Shown here piece after piece: positions 28,440-38,871 of a stretch of DNA of 64,000 bases. Position numbers and translations under genes: made by a program. The notes under the pieces were generated by a model. That model saw only the letters and a list, made by a program, of their open reading frames with translations, was not told where the DNA came from and searched no databases. Source of the DNA: an uncultured candidate division Zixibacteria bacterium (lineage in GTDB: Bacteria > Zixibacteria > MSB-5A5 > UBA10806 > 4484-95); assembly GCA_963668625.2 (NCBI GenBank), contig CAXXKA010000006.1, positions 128,001 to 192,000 on the forward strand, in the 5' to 3' direction. The number at the start of each line of letters is the position of its first letter. Position 1 is the first letter of the stretch.

Positions 28440-29594
28440 CTAGATGCCGGATATTTTTTTCATGGCGCGATGAGCATCCATGATAGTGATGAAATTCTGC
28501 AAACGGGAAATCGTAAAATTATCCCGACCCGAGAGCGGGAAAGCATATGACTGAATCAGGTAATCCTCATTCTCGAAACCCTCAACAGCGTCGTCATCGA
28601 AATTGGTTAGCGATACCTTGAAACCGTCCTTCTCCAGAGAATTCCTGTCTATCGTAACCGTATGAGTTTTGAAAGTCGGGATCGTTCGCGTTTCGCCGTT
28701 GCTAAGCCTGACACTGATATGTTCTCGGAAATGAGGCTTTTTCGTGATTTTGATTTTCGCTCCGATAGAAATCGCGAGTAATATATGCCCCAGCCCGGTA
28801 GCCAGTATTGGCCTCAGACCGATCAATCGTGATATGTTGGATATAGCGTAACCCATCTCCTGGGGATGGCCTGGACCGCCTGACAGTAGAATGCCATCCG
28901 GTTTTAAGGCTATCACCTTTTCGGGCGAATAATCGGCGGGCACAACTCTGATATCACAGCCTAATGATTTTAGATTGCGCAGGATAGAGTAGCTTATACC
29001 GAAATCGTAAGCGACTAAATTGAAATTTCTTTCCCGGCCGGTCGCGAATTCCTCATCACGCAAATCCCAGATGAATTCCAGGCGGGTGGAAAGCTCCCGG
29101 GCAGGATCGAAGGTCTTATCCGCTTCAGGTATATCGGGACTATTACCACTGCCGATATCGAGATGGTCGAGGAACATGGTGTTTAATTCCCCCCGGCTGT
29201 GACCTATCATGGCCTGCACGCGGCCAACTTTCTGTAATATCGATTTCAAACCGTCCGAATCGAAAGGTTTAAATAAGCTGATACCGTTCGTTTGAAGGTA
29301 GTTAACCAGGTTATAATAGACATCCCCAATAGGAGAATCGTTGATGTCTCCGAGTACGACAAGGGCTTTTAAGTGAGGCGTGTAGGATTCGATTTCGGAA
29401 TTGAACGGCCAGCGATTATCTATAGCCTCGGAATCGGAAACGACTATGCGGTCATAATTAACCGGGTCAGTTAGAACCTCATAATGAAAATTTTCCGAAT
29501 GATATAATACGATTTCACCGGGAGTGAACTCGCCCGTGCATACCAATTCACCGGCAAAAATATCACCGGTGTCTAATCCCAGAAACGCCTTCAT
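28440..29594 (-). CDS. Carbamoyl-phosphate synthase small subunit homologue lacking the glutaminase triad
   Basis: CarA layout (KAFLGLDTG..GEIV..YEVLTDP; VAYDFGISYSILRNL; DGILLSGGPGHP) but ILATGLGH replaces GICLGHQ and YAFPLS replaces QYHPE. Confidence 0.75.
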   Translation of the reverse strand: MKAFLGLDTGDIFAGELVCTGEFTPGEIVLYHSENFHYEVLTDPVNYDRIVVSDSEAIDNRWPFNSEIESYTPHLKALVVLGDINDSPIGDVYYNLVNYLQTNGISLFKPFDSDGLKSILQKVGRVQAMIGHSRGELNTMFLDHLDIGSGNSPDIPEADKTFDPARELSTRLEFIWDLRDEEFATGRERNFNLVAYDFGISYSILRNLKSLGCDIRVVPADYSPEKVIALKPDGILLSGGPGHPQEMGYAISNISRLIGLRPILATGLGHILLAISIGAKIKITKKPHFREHISVRLSNGETRTIPTFKTHTVTIDRNSLEKDGFKVSLTNFDDDAVEGFENEDYLIQSYAFPLSGRDNFTISRLQNFITIMDAHRAMKKISGI

Positions 29595-29729
29595 TCTGGG
29601 AGTAATATTTTATAGTGAAAAGACCCGTTTGTCAAGTAATAAGTTGAATTGTTAACTTTTAGACTTATATAGGGTTGATAAATACTAATAATGTTGTCAT
29701 ATTTATTATAATGGTTAAAGAGATGTATT

Positions 29730-30318
29730 ATGAATAAATAGTTACTATTTTGGTTTTATCATGAGTCTCTATTGTTTTTGCCCAGGAAAATTGGGGGTCA
29801 GCCGAATTGTTAGTCATACATTCATCAGGTGATATAGGAACCGCCAACCCGACATTTTATCATGAGGATAGCGTTTATTATGAAAATATTACTTTTGAGG
29901 ATAGTTACTACCGTCTGTATGGGATATCCAGCTACTATGGTTCCGAGGCGGGGGAGATTCCCGGTGATTGGGTGAATATCCCCGAGGTTCACAATATCTC
30001 GCCGTTTGTTTCGTACGATAATAACCAGCTCTATTTCCCCTCTGACAGGCCGGGCGGATACGGCGGATTTGATATCTGGCAAACCGCGCAGGCGTTACCC
30101 GAATCGATTTTTGCCTTACGTTGGCCTCCACTTCAGATGTAAATCTATCGATATATGATATATGCGGACGCAAAGTGGATGAGATATGCGCCGGAAATAT
30201 GCCTGCCGGAGCTAACGATCCTCAGTGGAAACCTGCTAATTTAGGCTCGGGAATTTATTTAAGCCGTCTTTCATTTGATGGCTATACCAGTACTAAAAAG
30301 CTTGTTTATTTGAAGTAA
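29730..30318 (+). pseudogene. Degraded secreted protein gene (PD40/WD40-like repeat + C-terminal sorting domain)
   Basis: Signal-peptide region with frameshift and in-frame TGA; LYFPSDRPGGYGGFDIW repeat; frame change to IYDICGRKV..SGIYLSRL..KKLVYLK. Confidence 0.65.
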
Positions 30319-30398
30319 AGACAATGCAAGTTAACATCAGGCTTTCACTTGCCGGATACCCTTATAAAACGCTTATATAATATTAACGATTAATTTTG

Positions 30399-30426
30399 TT
30401 GACATCCGGTCGATAAAAGTTATATT
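30399..30426 (+). promoter_or_regulatory. sigma70-type promoter for secDF
   Basis: TTGACA-N16-TATATT. Confidence 0.5.
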
Positions 30427-30525
30427 TGTCGACTGTATGTTGAGCGGGGTAATACCCGCTTTTAATAACTAAACTGTTAGATAATAACCGGATATGAACC
30501 CGAGGCAGTATTCTGGAGTGGTTGG

Positions 30526-32202
30526 ATGAGACAATCTCAAAAAATAAGCCTAGTTATCGTAGCGCTGCTAATCGTGCTTGCGCTATACGGCCTGTATCCA
30601 TCGTTTGTATTTCATTCGATGAGTCATACAGAGCAAGAAACTCTCAAAGCAGAAAATCCTACTGAGTATTATTCATTAAAAAACAAGGCTATTCGCCTTG
30701 GGCTGGATTTGAAGGGCGGTATGCATATTGTCCTCGAGATCGAAAAGCCCGAGGGCGGCGAGATAGCGGATGTTCAGGATCGTGTCCTGGAGATCATCCG
30801 TAACCGTGTTGACAAAATCGGTGTCACCGAGCCGCAGATTCAGACCTCCGGCCCCGATCGTATAGTGGTTGATCTTCCCGGGTTTACCGATATCGAGCAG
30901 GCCAAAAAATTAATCGGCGAAACTGCCCAGTTGCAGTTTAAACTTCTCCCTGAAGCTGCCGTGATTACCGCAATGCTGAATCAGATAGATTCCGTGCTGG
31001 CGATAAGCTATGCCGATACGGCCGGCACCGATGCGGACGCCGAGGAAAAAGCCGAGGGTGAAGCGGCCGCCGATAGCACAACCAATGATATTCTCGAGAT
31101 GCTGGACGAGCAAGCGCCTGACCAGCCGATTACGCCGGCCGAGGAGGAAGATTATTTCGGGGAGCATCTTTTTACCTCGCTGATATATCAACAGGACGGT
31201 TACGGTTTCACCATCCCCATGGATGATTACTACGAAGCCGAGAAACTGCTGGCCTCGCCAGAGGTTCAGGCGCTTATTCCTCCGGATATTCAGGTAGTTT
31301 GGTCTACCCGTAAAATGTACATGGCCGAACGCGCTTATCAGAAATTATATTTCCTAAAAACACGGGTTGAGATGAGCGGTGAACATCTGGTGAACGCCGT
31401 TCCCGGTTTCGACCAGTTCCGTCAGCCGATAGTATCATTCGAGCTTGATGGCGAAGGCGCTCGTCGCTTTTCGGCATTGACCGGCGCCAATACCGGTAAG
31501 CCGCTGGCGATCGTTCTTGATGATCGCGTCGAATCCACGCCCGAGATCAGGACGAGGATTCGTGACCGCGGACAGATTGAACTTGGTGGTAACGCCGATT
31601 GGGAAGATGCCAGACTTCTGGCCGTAGTGCTGAAAGCCGGTGCTTTACCTGCGAAAGTTAATATTATACAGAATTCGGTAGTTGGACCTTCTTTAGGTCA
31701 GGACTCTATCAATAAAGGCAAATTGGCCTCCCTGATCGGGCTGGCCGCGGTGGTTCTGTTCATGTTCATCTATTATAGGATGTCGGGTCTTATCGCCGAT
31801 TTCGCGTTGTTCCTGAACTTCCTGTTCATATTCGGGTTTATGATTATCCCGGGTATCGGAGCTACCCTGACCTTGCCGGGTATAGCGGGAATTATCCTGA
31901 CTATGGGTATCTCGGTCGACTCGAATGTGCTGATATTCGAGCGAATACGAGAGGAGCTGCGAACCGGCAAAACTGTCCGGGCGGCAATTGATGCCGGCTA
32001 CGACAGAGCTCTTCTGACTATTATCGATTCTCACGTGACGACACTGATTACGGCGTTATTCCTGTTCATGTTCGGCACCGGCCCTATTAAGGGATTCGCG
32101 GTGACACTATCGGTTGGTGTAACGCTTTCGTTGTTTACCGCGCTGTTTGTAACCAAGGTGATATTCAACATGCGCAAGAAATACAAGACATTAAGCATAT
32201 AG
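30526..32202 (+). CDS. secD: Protein translocase subunit SecD
   Basis: LGLDLKGG, IRNRVDKIGVTEP, LAIVLD, VGPSLG, LTLPGIAG, VDSNVLIFERIREE, IKGFAVTL. Confidence 0.97.
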   Translation: MRQSQKISLVIVALLIVLALYGLYPSFVFHSMSHTEQETLKAENPTEYYSLKNKAIRLGLDLKGGMHIVLEIEKPEGGEIADVQDRVLEIIRNRVDKIGVTEPQIQTSGPDRIVVDLPGFTDIEQAKKLIGETAQLQFKLLPEAAVITAMLNQIDSVLAISYADTAGTDADAEEKAEGEAAADSTTNDILEMLDEQAPDQPITPAEEEDYFGEHLFTSLIYQQDGYGFTIPMDDYYEAEKLLASPEVQALIPPDIQVVWSTRKMYMAERAYQKLYFLKTRVEMSGEHLVNAVPGFDQFRQPIVSFELDGEGARRFSALTGANTGKPLAIVLDDRVESTPEIRTRIRDRGQIELGGNADWEDARLLAVVLKAGALPAKVNIIQNSVVGPSLGQDSINKGKLASLIGLAAVVLFMFIYYRMSGLIADFALFLNFLFIFGFMIIPGIGATLTLPGIAGIILTMGISVDSNVLIFERIREELRTGKTVRAAIDAGYDRALLTIIDSHVTTLITALFLFMFGTGPIKGFAVTLSVGVTLSLFTALFVTKVIFNMRKKYKTLSI

Positions 32203-32215
32203 GCGGGTTGAGACT

Positions 32216-33149
32216 ATGTTTGAGATAGTAAAGAATACAAATATCGATTTCATCGGTATGCGGAAAATCTCGTTTGTTATTTCCGCACTTCTGCTGGCGC
32301 TGGGTATATTCGCCTTCGTGATGATGAGTATGGGCAAAGCCAATATGGGTATCGATTTCGTGGGTGGCGCGATGATAATGGGCAGTTTCGAGAAACCTAT
32401 CAACGCCTCCGATCTCAGAAGCACTCTGGCCGAGGAGGGTTTCGGTGACGCGGACATACAGAACGTGGCAGGAGAAGCTGTCGAGAAAAATTCGTTTATC
32501 ATAAGGACAATCGGTGAATCGCACACGCTTGGTGATTCTCTTTTAACGGATGTTATCGTTGCCAGGATAGCTCAGCATTTTCCGGATAACAAATTCACGA
32601 TTGACAGTATTGATGATATTGGCGGCGCCGTGGGTAAAACTCTCCAAGAAAAAGCCCGCTGGGCGGTTCTGTTTGCCCTGGCCGGAATCCTGGTTTATAT
32701 CTGGGTACGTTTCGATTTCCGATTCGGTATAGCCGCGACTATAGCTACTTTTCATGATGTTATCGTGGTGTTGGGTTTGTACTACCTGACCGGCCGCGAG
32801 ATATCGCTTTTATTGATTACCGCGCTTTTAACCCTGGCCGGTTACTCGCTTACCGATACGGTCGTGGTTTACGATAGGATACGTGAGAATTTGAAGCAAT
32901 TCCGCAAACGCGGTAATTTCACCGATACGGTCAACGCCTCCGTAAATGAGGTTTTATCGCGTACGATTGTCACCAGTACCACGACTCTTCTGGCCGTACT
33001 GGCGCTGTTTATTTTCGGCGGCGAGGTATTACGCGATTTCTCATTAGCGCTCTTTTTAGGCGTGATCATTGGTACTTATTCGTCGGTGTTCGTTGCCAGT
33101 CCGATTATCGTGGAATGGGAAAAAACGCAGCCCGAGAAGGTTCAAGTAG
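32216..33149 (+). CDS. secF: Protein translocase subunit SecF (true stop probably 33149; extra A at 33120-33125 extends ORF to 33265)
   Basis: GIDFVGG, HDVIVVLG, GYSLTDTVVVYDRIREN, GTYSSVFVASP; removing one A gives EWEKRSPRRFK* just before a terminator. Confidence 0.93.
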
Positions 33150-33174
33150 AAATCTTGAATATCGTAAAATTAAT

Positions 33175-33202
33175 GGCGTTCCATCTCGGAGCGCCTTTTT
33201 TT
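33175..33202 (+). terminator. Rho-independent terminator after secF
   Basis: GGCGTTCC-ATCTC-GGAGCGCC-TTTTTTT. Confidence 0.75.
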
Positions 33203-33280
33203 ATGCGAAAAACGATTGACTATGTGACGTTTACTTATTTATTTGGGGCAACTGGATTTAGATAATTCGCAAATGGAGGA

Positions 33281-34369
33281 ATGATGAATACCTATATGAA
33301 GCTGATAATTTTATTGATGGCGTTAGTGCTGAATTTCTCACAGGCTGCGGCAAAGGAAAACGTCGCAGTTTTCGATTTTAATCCTGTTGGAGTCGATAAC
33401 CAGACAGCTCTATCATCCTCGCAGATATTCCGGGCGGAGCTTGGCGCGATTGGCAAGTATAATGTTCTGACCAAAGGCGATATCGATGAACGTCTGCAAG
33501 CTGCCAGTATATACGATTTCACGGCTAATGATATCAATAGTGCGATTAGCAAGGGCAAAATAATTGATGCCGATAAATCGGTTATCGGATCCCTGACCCG
33601 CCTGGGCAACAAGATTATTGTCGATGTCCAACTGATCAGTGTCAGTAGTGGCGAAATCGAGCTGTCGGATAGATTCTCGACTGATTCTATCGAGGACCTC
33701 GATGTTGTTCTCAGAAGGCTGGCCGGTGCGGTTTCCAGCGGTTAAAAAAGTAGAGACGGAAACGAACAAGTTCGATTTAACCGATGAGGAAACGGAAGAG
33801 ACGCGACATCGCAAATCTTTCATAACCTCGGGTGTGTCATTCGGCTTCGGCTTCCCGGTCGGAGATTCTTCCTATTCGGATGTCGACAATCTTAAGCTCC
33901 TTTCATGGAATATCCGCTATGAGGCCGGCAAATATGTCGTCGAAAATGCGCTGGGGGTAAGCTGGGGAAGCACTGATGTTACGGTTGACACCCTTAATGA
34001 TACCAAAGAGTCAAAAGGCGTGTTTTATTATTCCCTGGGATATAGGTTTGCGATATATCCTGGCCCCGCAATCCGATATAAGTCCTTATGTTGGAGCCGG
34101 TTTGGGGTTCCATTTCGTTTTCGGGGCGAAAATCGAGGATTATGATTTCCCGGTGGCCGAATCGGATCAAGCTATGGCTATGCATTTTAGCGCGGGTTTG
34201 TACGCGTTTCAGTCGTATGATTTCAGGCTGTCCGTGGGATGCTAAATATACTATAGTATTTACCGATGCTTTCTATGGATCGAAGAATAATTCGCAGCAG
34301 ATCGGAATCTCGATTGGCATTTCGAGAAAATGGAAGGACAATCAAAAGAAGATTTTCTTTGTCTATTAA
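33281..34369 (+). CDS. Secreted CsgG/TolB-N-like domain + outer-membrane beta-barrel protein (three +1 frameshifts)
   Basis: Signal peptide, VAVFDF..GSLTRLG..VDVQLI; continues across frames into SPYVGAGLGFH barrel strands; breaks near 33742, 34024, 34237. Confidence 0.65.
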
Positions 34370-34534
34370 TAACGGAGTATGTTGATTTTATATTGCCGGA
34401 GATGTTAATTCGATTAAATAACAGGGAGCTTAGATTTAGGACTTTCAGATTAAGTTATGGAAAGTCTTGATTTTATACTATACGTTTTATAAATTTCCCC
34501 GAAAATAATGATAAAAATAACTCAAGGAGATTTT

Positions 34535-35670
34535 ATGGATATTGGAATAGCCAAAGAGGGTGATCATCTTGAAAACAGGGTTGCGCTAACTCCCGCCGGC
34601 GCGAAAACCCTGATAAACGCCGGTCATACGGTTTATCTGGAGCAGGGCGCCGGAGAGGCATCAGGATTCCAGGATGACGATTATCTGGATGTCGGCGTAA
34701 AACTGGTTTACTCCGAGGAGGAGATATTTTTACGCTCTAAAATATTGCTAAAAGTTGCTCCCCCGACAATCGATGAATGTGAAATGATGCCGGGAAAACC
34801 AGATCGTGCTGACGGCCTTTCATCTGGCTGTGGCGCCGGAGGATAGCTTGAAGCTGCTCCTGGAAAAGAAGATCAGCTCTGTAGGTTACGAGATTATCGA
34901 GGATGATGAGGGTAACCTGCCGGTTGTCGTTCCGATGTCTGAATTAGCAGGTCAGATGACGATTCAGATCGCCAGCAACCATCTGATGAACAGCCGAGGT
35001 GGTCGAGGTATCCTTCTGGGCGGAGCCGCCGGTGTGCCGCCGGCAACGGTGATAATTCTGGGCGCGGGCACGCTTGGCATAAACGCTGCCAAGACGGCTA
35101 AAGGCATCGGCGCCAACGTAATCCTGTTCGACAGCGATATCAGCCGTCTGAGATATGCCAACGACTTGTTCAAAAAACAAATCGTTACTTATCTTCCGTT
35201 CGAGTACAACCTCGAAAAAGCTGTTCAAATCGCCGATGTTATTATCGGTGCGGTTTCCATTCACGGTGAGATGGCGCCCAAGCTTATTACCGAGAAGATG
35301 CTCAAGTCGATGAAGCCTCGGTCATTGGTAATAGATGCCGCTATCGATACCGGAGGGATGTATCGAAGCCTCACATCCTACCAACTGGACCGATCCGACC
35401 TATGTCTCGGAAAATATCATTCATTTCTGTGTACCAAATATGCCGTCCAATATTAGCCGTACGGCCACCTATGCATTATCCAACGCTATCCTGCCTTATG
35501 TTTACCGTATAGCAGAGGTCGGGCTTGATAAATCGATGCAACAGGATTACGGCCTGGCTCGTGGTGTTTATACTCATAAAGGAGAAGCATTGAGAAACGT
35601 AGTTGCCAATAGACTGGGAATTAAAGCCAGGGCTTTGAAAGATATTCTTGCTGTGGGGGGTAAGGCATGA
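34535..35670 (+). CDS. ald: Alanine dehydrogenase (two +1 frameshifts)
   Basis: IGIAKE..ENRVALTP, PMSELAG, GRGILLGG, ILGAGTLG, DAAIDTGG/CIE, HFCVPNMP; breaks near 34792 and 35356. Confidence 0.85.
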
Positions 35671-36964
35671 GGTGGATAGATCTCTATCATAGCCGTCAAA
35701 TATCCGCGGATGATGCGGTGAAATGCATAAAGTCGGGAGATAATGTTTATATACATCCCGGCTGCTGTACACCGGAATATCTCGTTGATGCTATGGTAAA
35801 ACGTAAAGACGAACTCGAGAATGTCACGGTTATGCACATCCTGACCGAAGGCAAGGCGGCTTATACTCAGCCGGGTATGGAACCTCATTTTCGTCACCGT
35901 TCGTTGTTTACCGGTAAAAAACGCCCGACAGGCGGTGAACGAAGGGCGTGCCGATCAATCGCATATGTTTTTAGGCGAGGTGGAAAAGCTCTGGACAACC
36001 GGCATCGTTGATGTTGACGTGGCGATTATCCAGGTCAGTCCGCCTGATGAACACGGTTTCTGCTCGTTCGGCGTAGGTGTCGATGTTACCATGACGGCTG
36101 CCCATAAAGCCCAAAATCGTGCTGGCCATGGTCAACCAGAAAATGCCGCGCGTTCACGGTGACTGCTTCATTCATGTTAGCAAGCTCACTCATATTGTCG
36201 AACATACTACGCCTCTTTTGGAGATGCCGCAGGGTACCCCCGATGAGGTCTCGATAAAAATCGGTAAGCTGATTGCCGATCATATCGATGATGGTTCGAC
36301 ACTTCAGATGGGGATCGGGGCTATTCCCGACGCGTTTCTATCGGAGCTCGAAGGCCGTCATGATATGGGTATTCACACCGAGATGTTTTCCGACGGTATC
36401 ATCCCGCTGGTAGAATCAGGCGTGATCAATAACTCGCAAAAGACTCTTCACCCCGGTAAGATAGTCGCGGCTTTTACCCTGGGCACCCGGCCGATATTCG
36501 ATTTCTGCGATGATAATCCGTTGTGTGAATTCCATCCCTGCTGGTACACCAACGATCCGTTTATCATAGCCCAGAACGACAAGATGGTCTCGATCAACTC
36601 GGCTTTAGGTGTCGACCTGACCGGCCAGGTATTTGCAGATTCGCTGGGATTCAATTTCTATTCGGGATTCGGCGGCCAGCTTGATTTCGTAAGGGGTGCG
36701 GCTAAATCCAAAGGCGGTATGCCTTTCATCGCTTTGCCCGCCACTGCCAAAGGCGGCAAACTCTCGAGAATCGCACCTAACTTGCCGTTGGGAACCGGCG
36801 TAACCACCACTCGTGGCGATGTCCACTGGATCGTGACCGAGTTCGGCGCGGTTGATCTTTACGGCAAAACCGTACGTGAGAGAACGAAACTACTTATCAG
36901 CATAGCGGCTCCTCAGTTCAGGGAGGAGTTGGAGAAATTCGCCAAGGAGCATAAATATATCTAG
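35667..36964 (+). CDS. Acetyl-CoA hydrolase/4-hydroxybutyrate CoA-transferase family (two +1 frameshifts)
   Basis: ADDAVKCIKSGD, QVSPPDEHGFCSFGV, TLQMGIGAIP, GIHTEMFSDG, SGFGGQLDF, IVTEFG; breaks near 35916 and 36110. Confidence 0.87.
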
Positions 36965-37003
36965 GCGGATATGCTGAAAATGAAATCAAATGATAATCAC
37001 TTT

Positions 37004-37031
37004 GCCGGATTGTTTTCAGTCCGGCTTTTTT
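37004..37031 (+). terminator. Rho-independent terminator
   Basis: GCCGGATTG-TTTT-CAGTCCGGC-TTTTTT. Confidence 0.7.
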
Positions 37032-37160
37032 GTTGATATTAAAAAACACCGGTTTACCCGGTATGTCCGTTTCACTACCTCGCAATGACATCAATGATGA
37101 CTTTTTCAACAATCCCCGGAGTTTTGTAACCGGTACAGACGACTTAAGCCGGCAGGATAA

Positions 37161-37192
37161 AAGCCACCGATCCTATGGCGGTGGTAGCTTAC
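37161..37192 (+). repeat. IS200/IS605 right-end-like hairpin (gene-less remnant)
   Basis: AAGCCACCG-ATCCTATGG-CGGTGGT-AGCTTAC resembles the subterminal palindrome + short tail of IS605-group right ends. Confidence 0.4.
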
Positions 37193-37379
37193 TTATCAGA
37201 TATCGGCTGAATGACATTCTAAAAGCAGGCGGATTCGCGATTATATTTAATCTTTTTATCTGAGGTGGCGGGGATCCCTTCCAACCATTTGGCCAAATAA
37301 GGTATGTTGTCGATAACTAACATCACAATATTTTATTATAGATGTTGACTGTCGCCGTATTATCGATTATAACATCATT

Positions 37380-37586
37380 ATGAACGATGAAGAAAAATAC
37401 AAAGCTCTGGAACTCTCAGGCGCGGAGTTGGATCAGTTTCTGAAAAAACTGGTTAACAGGCTTTACGATCAAATGTGGTCGGATGTGTCAATCGGGCCGG
37501 ATGAGATTATCATTAAAGAGCGATTGGGAAAATCAATAGTCGAGGCATTGAAAGAATATGCAATCTATCGATCTGATGAGGGATAG
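37380..37586 (+). CDS. Small hypothetical protein (possibly leaderless)
   Basis: TTGACT-N17-TATAAC (37345-37373) ends 6 nt before ATG; no SD; overlaps next gene. Confidence 0.6.
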   Translation: MNDEEKYKALELSGAELDQFLKKLVNRLYDQMWSDVSIGPDEIIIKERLGKSIVEALKEYAIYRSDEG

Positions 37587-38124
37587 AGGCAGGGCCTGGA
37601 GTATTCTCTGTAAGTACACCGAATCGGAATCACTTCGCAAGCATGCCCTGTCGGTAGAGGCTGCGATGCGTTATTTTGCCGAGAAATTCGACGAGGATAT
37701 CGACTACTGGGGCGCGGTCGGTTTGCTTCATGATTTCGATTACGAACAATACCCCAAAGGTCATCCTGAAACCGGCGTGGATATCATCAAAGAAAACGGC
37801 TATGATCAGGAATTCAGCGATACCCTGTTGTCTCATGTGGATACCAGCGGCATACCTCGCGATTCGCGGATTAGGAAAACGCTGTTCGCCGTGGATGAGC
37901 TTTGCGGTTTCGTCACTGCGGTTGCGCTGGTGCGGCCCTCTAAAAAAGTCGCTGATGTCAAAGTGAAATCAGTGAAAAAGAAGATGAAAGATAAAGCTTT
38001 CGCCCGTCAGGTTTCACGCGAGGATATCAGGAAAGGCGCCGAGGAGCTTGGTTTACCGCTCGAGGAAGTCATCGAAAACGTAATTGCCGCGCTCACGGCA
38101 AAAGCCGATGAACTTGGGTTGTAG
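37558..38124 (+). CDS. HD/HDIG-domain metal-dependent hydrolase
   Basis: LRKHALSVEAAMR, GLLHDFDYE, LFAVDELCG, SVKKKMKDKAFAR; start may be 37576. Confidence 0.9.
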   Translation: MQSIDLMRDRGRAWSILCKYTESESLRKHALSVEAAMRYFAEKFDEDIDYWGAVGLLHDFDYEQYPKGHPETGVDIIKENGYDQEFSDTLLSHVDTSGIPRDSRIRKTLFAVDELCGFVTAVALVRPSKKVADVKVKSVKKKMKDKAFARQVSREDIRKGAEELGLPLEEVIENVIAALTAKADELGL

Positions 38125-38136
38125 CGTCACCATCTT

Positions 38137-38808
38137 ATGAGCAAGCAATTTAAAGCGATTCTATTCGATATGGACGGCACCCTTATCGATTCGATGGGTT
38201 ATCATGTTACCGCCTGGACTACGGCATTTCGCGAAAGCGGTTACGAAACGGATGACCTGATTTTCTTTTTGAACGAGGGAGTCCGTCACCCACTGACCGT
38301 TAAACAGCGATTAAGCGAACTCGGTATCGAAAATCCGGGCGATGAGCTTATCAAAAAAATTTACACCCGCAAACGCGAGATATTCGAAAGTATAGTACAG
38401 ATCAGGCCTATCGAGGGCGTTATGAAGTTGTTGGATAAACTTAAGGGTGTGGTAAAGCTGGGGATCGTCACAGGCGGCGTGCGTAACGTAGTTGAGCGCG
38501 TGGTGTCGGAACATTTCGAGGGTTTTTTCGATATCGTGGTAGACTACGAAAGCACCGAAAGAGGCAAGCCCGATCCCGATCCGTTTGCCTATGGCGCGAA
38601 ACTGACCGGTTATCCGAACGAGAACGTGCTGGCTGTCGAGAACGCTCCGACCGGGGTAAAATCGGCGGTTGACGCCGGCCTTACATGCTGGGCGGTTTGC
38701 AATACGCTCGATGCGAAATATCTAGCGGGAGCTCATCGCGTGTTCGATAATTTCCATCAGATACAAAAAGCTCTGTTCGAGGGTACCCTTCTGCACGCAC
38801 CTAAATAA
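38137..38808 (+). CDS. HAD-family phosphatase (beta-phosphoglucomutase-like)
   Basis: FDMDGTLIDS, GKPDPDP, VENAPTGV. Confidence 0.92.
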   Translation: MSKQFKAILFDMDGTLIDSMGYHVTAWTTAFRESGYETDDLIFFLNEGVRHPLTVKQRLSELGIENPGDELIKKIYTRKREIFESIVQIRPIEGVMKLLDKLKGVVKLGIVTGGVRNVVERVVSEHFEGFFDIVVDYESTERGKPDPDPFAYGAKLTGYPNENVLAVENAPTGVKSAVDAGLTCWAVCNTLDAKYLAGAHRVFDNFHQIQKALFEGTLLHAPK

Positions 38809-38871
38809 ATTATTATTCCTTGACTATCCTGGTTCCTTTGAATATATAGCTCCACAAAATAGGGAGGAAAT

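Noticed and set aside
33150-33265. C-terminal extension of SecF
   Set aside because: Runs through a terminator hairpin and disappears when one A is removed.
33120-36112. Programmed frameshifting or mass pseudogenisation
   Set aside because: All breaks are +1 run extensions clustered in 3 kb, including secF, with no nonsense codons; assembly error is far more likely.
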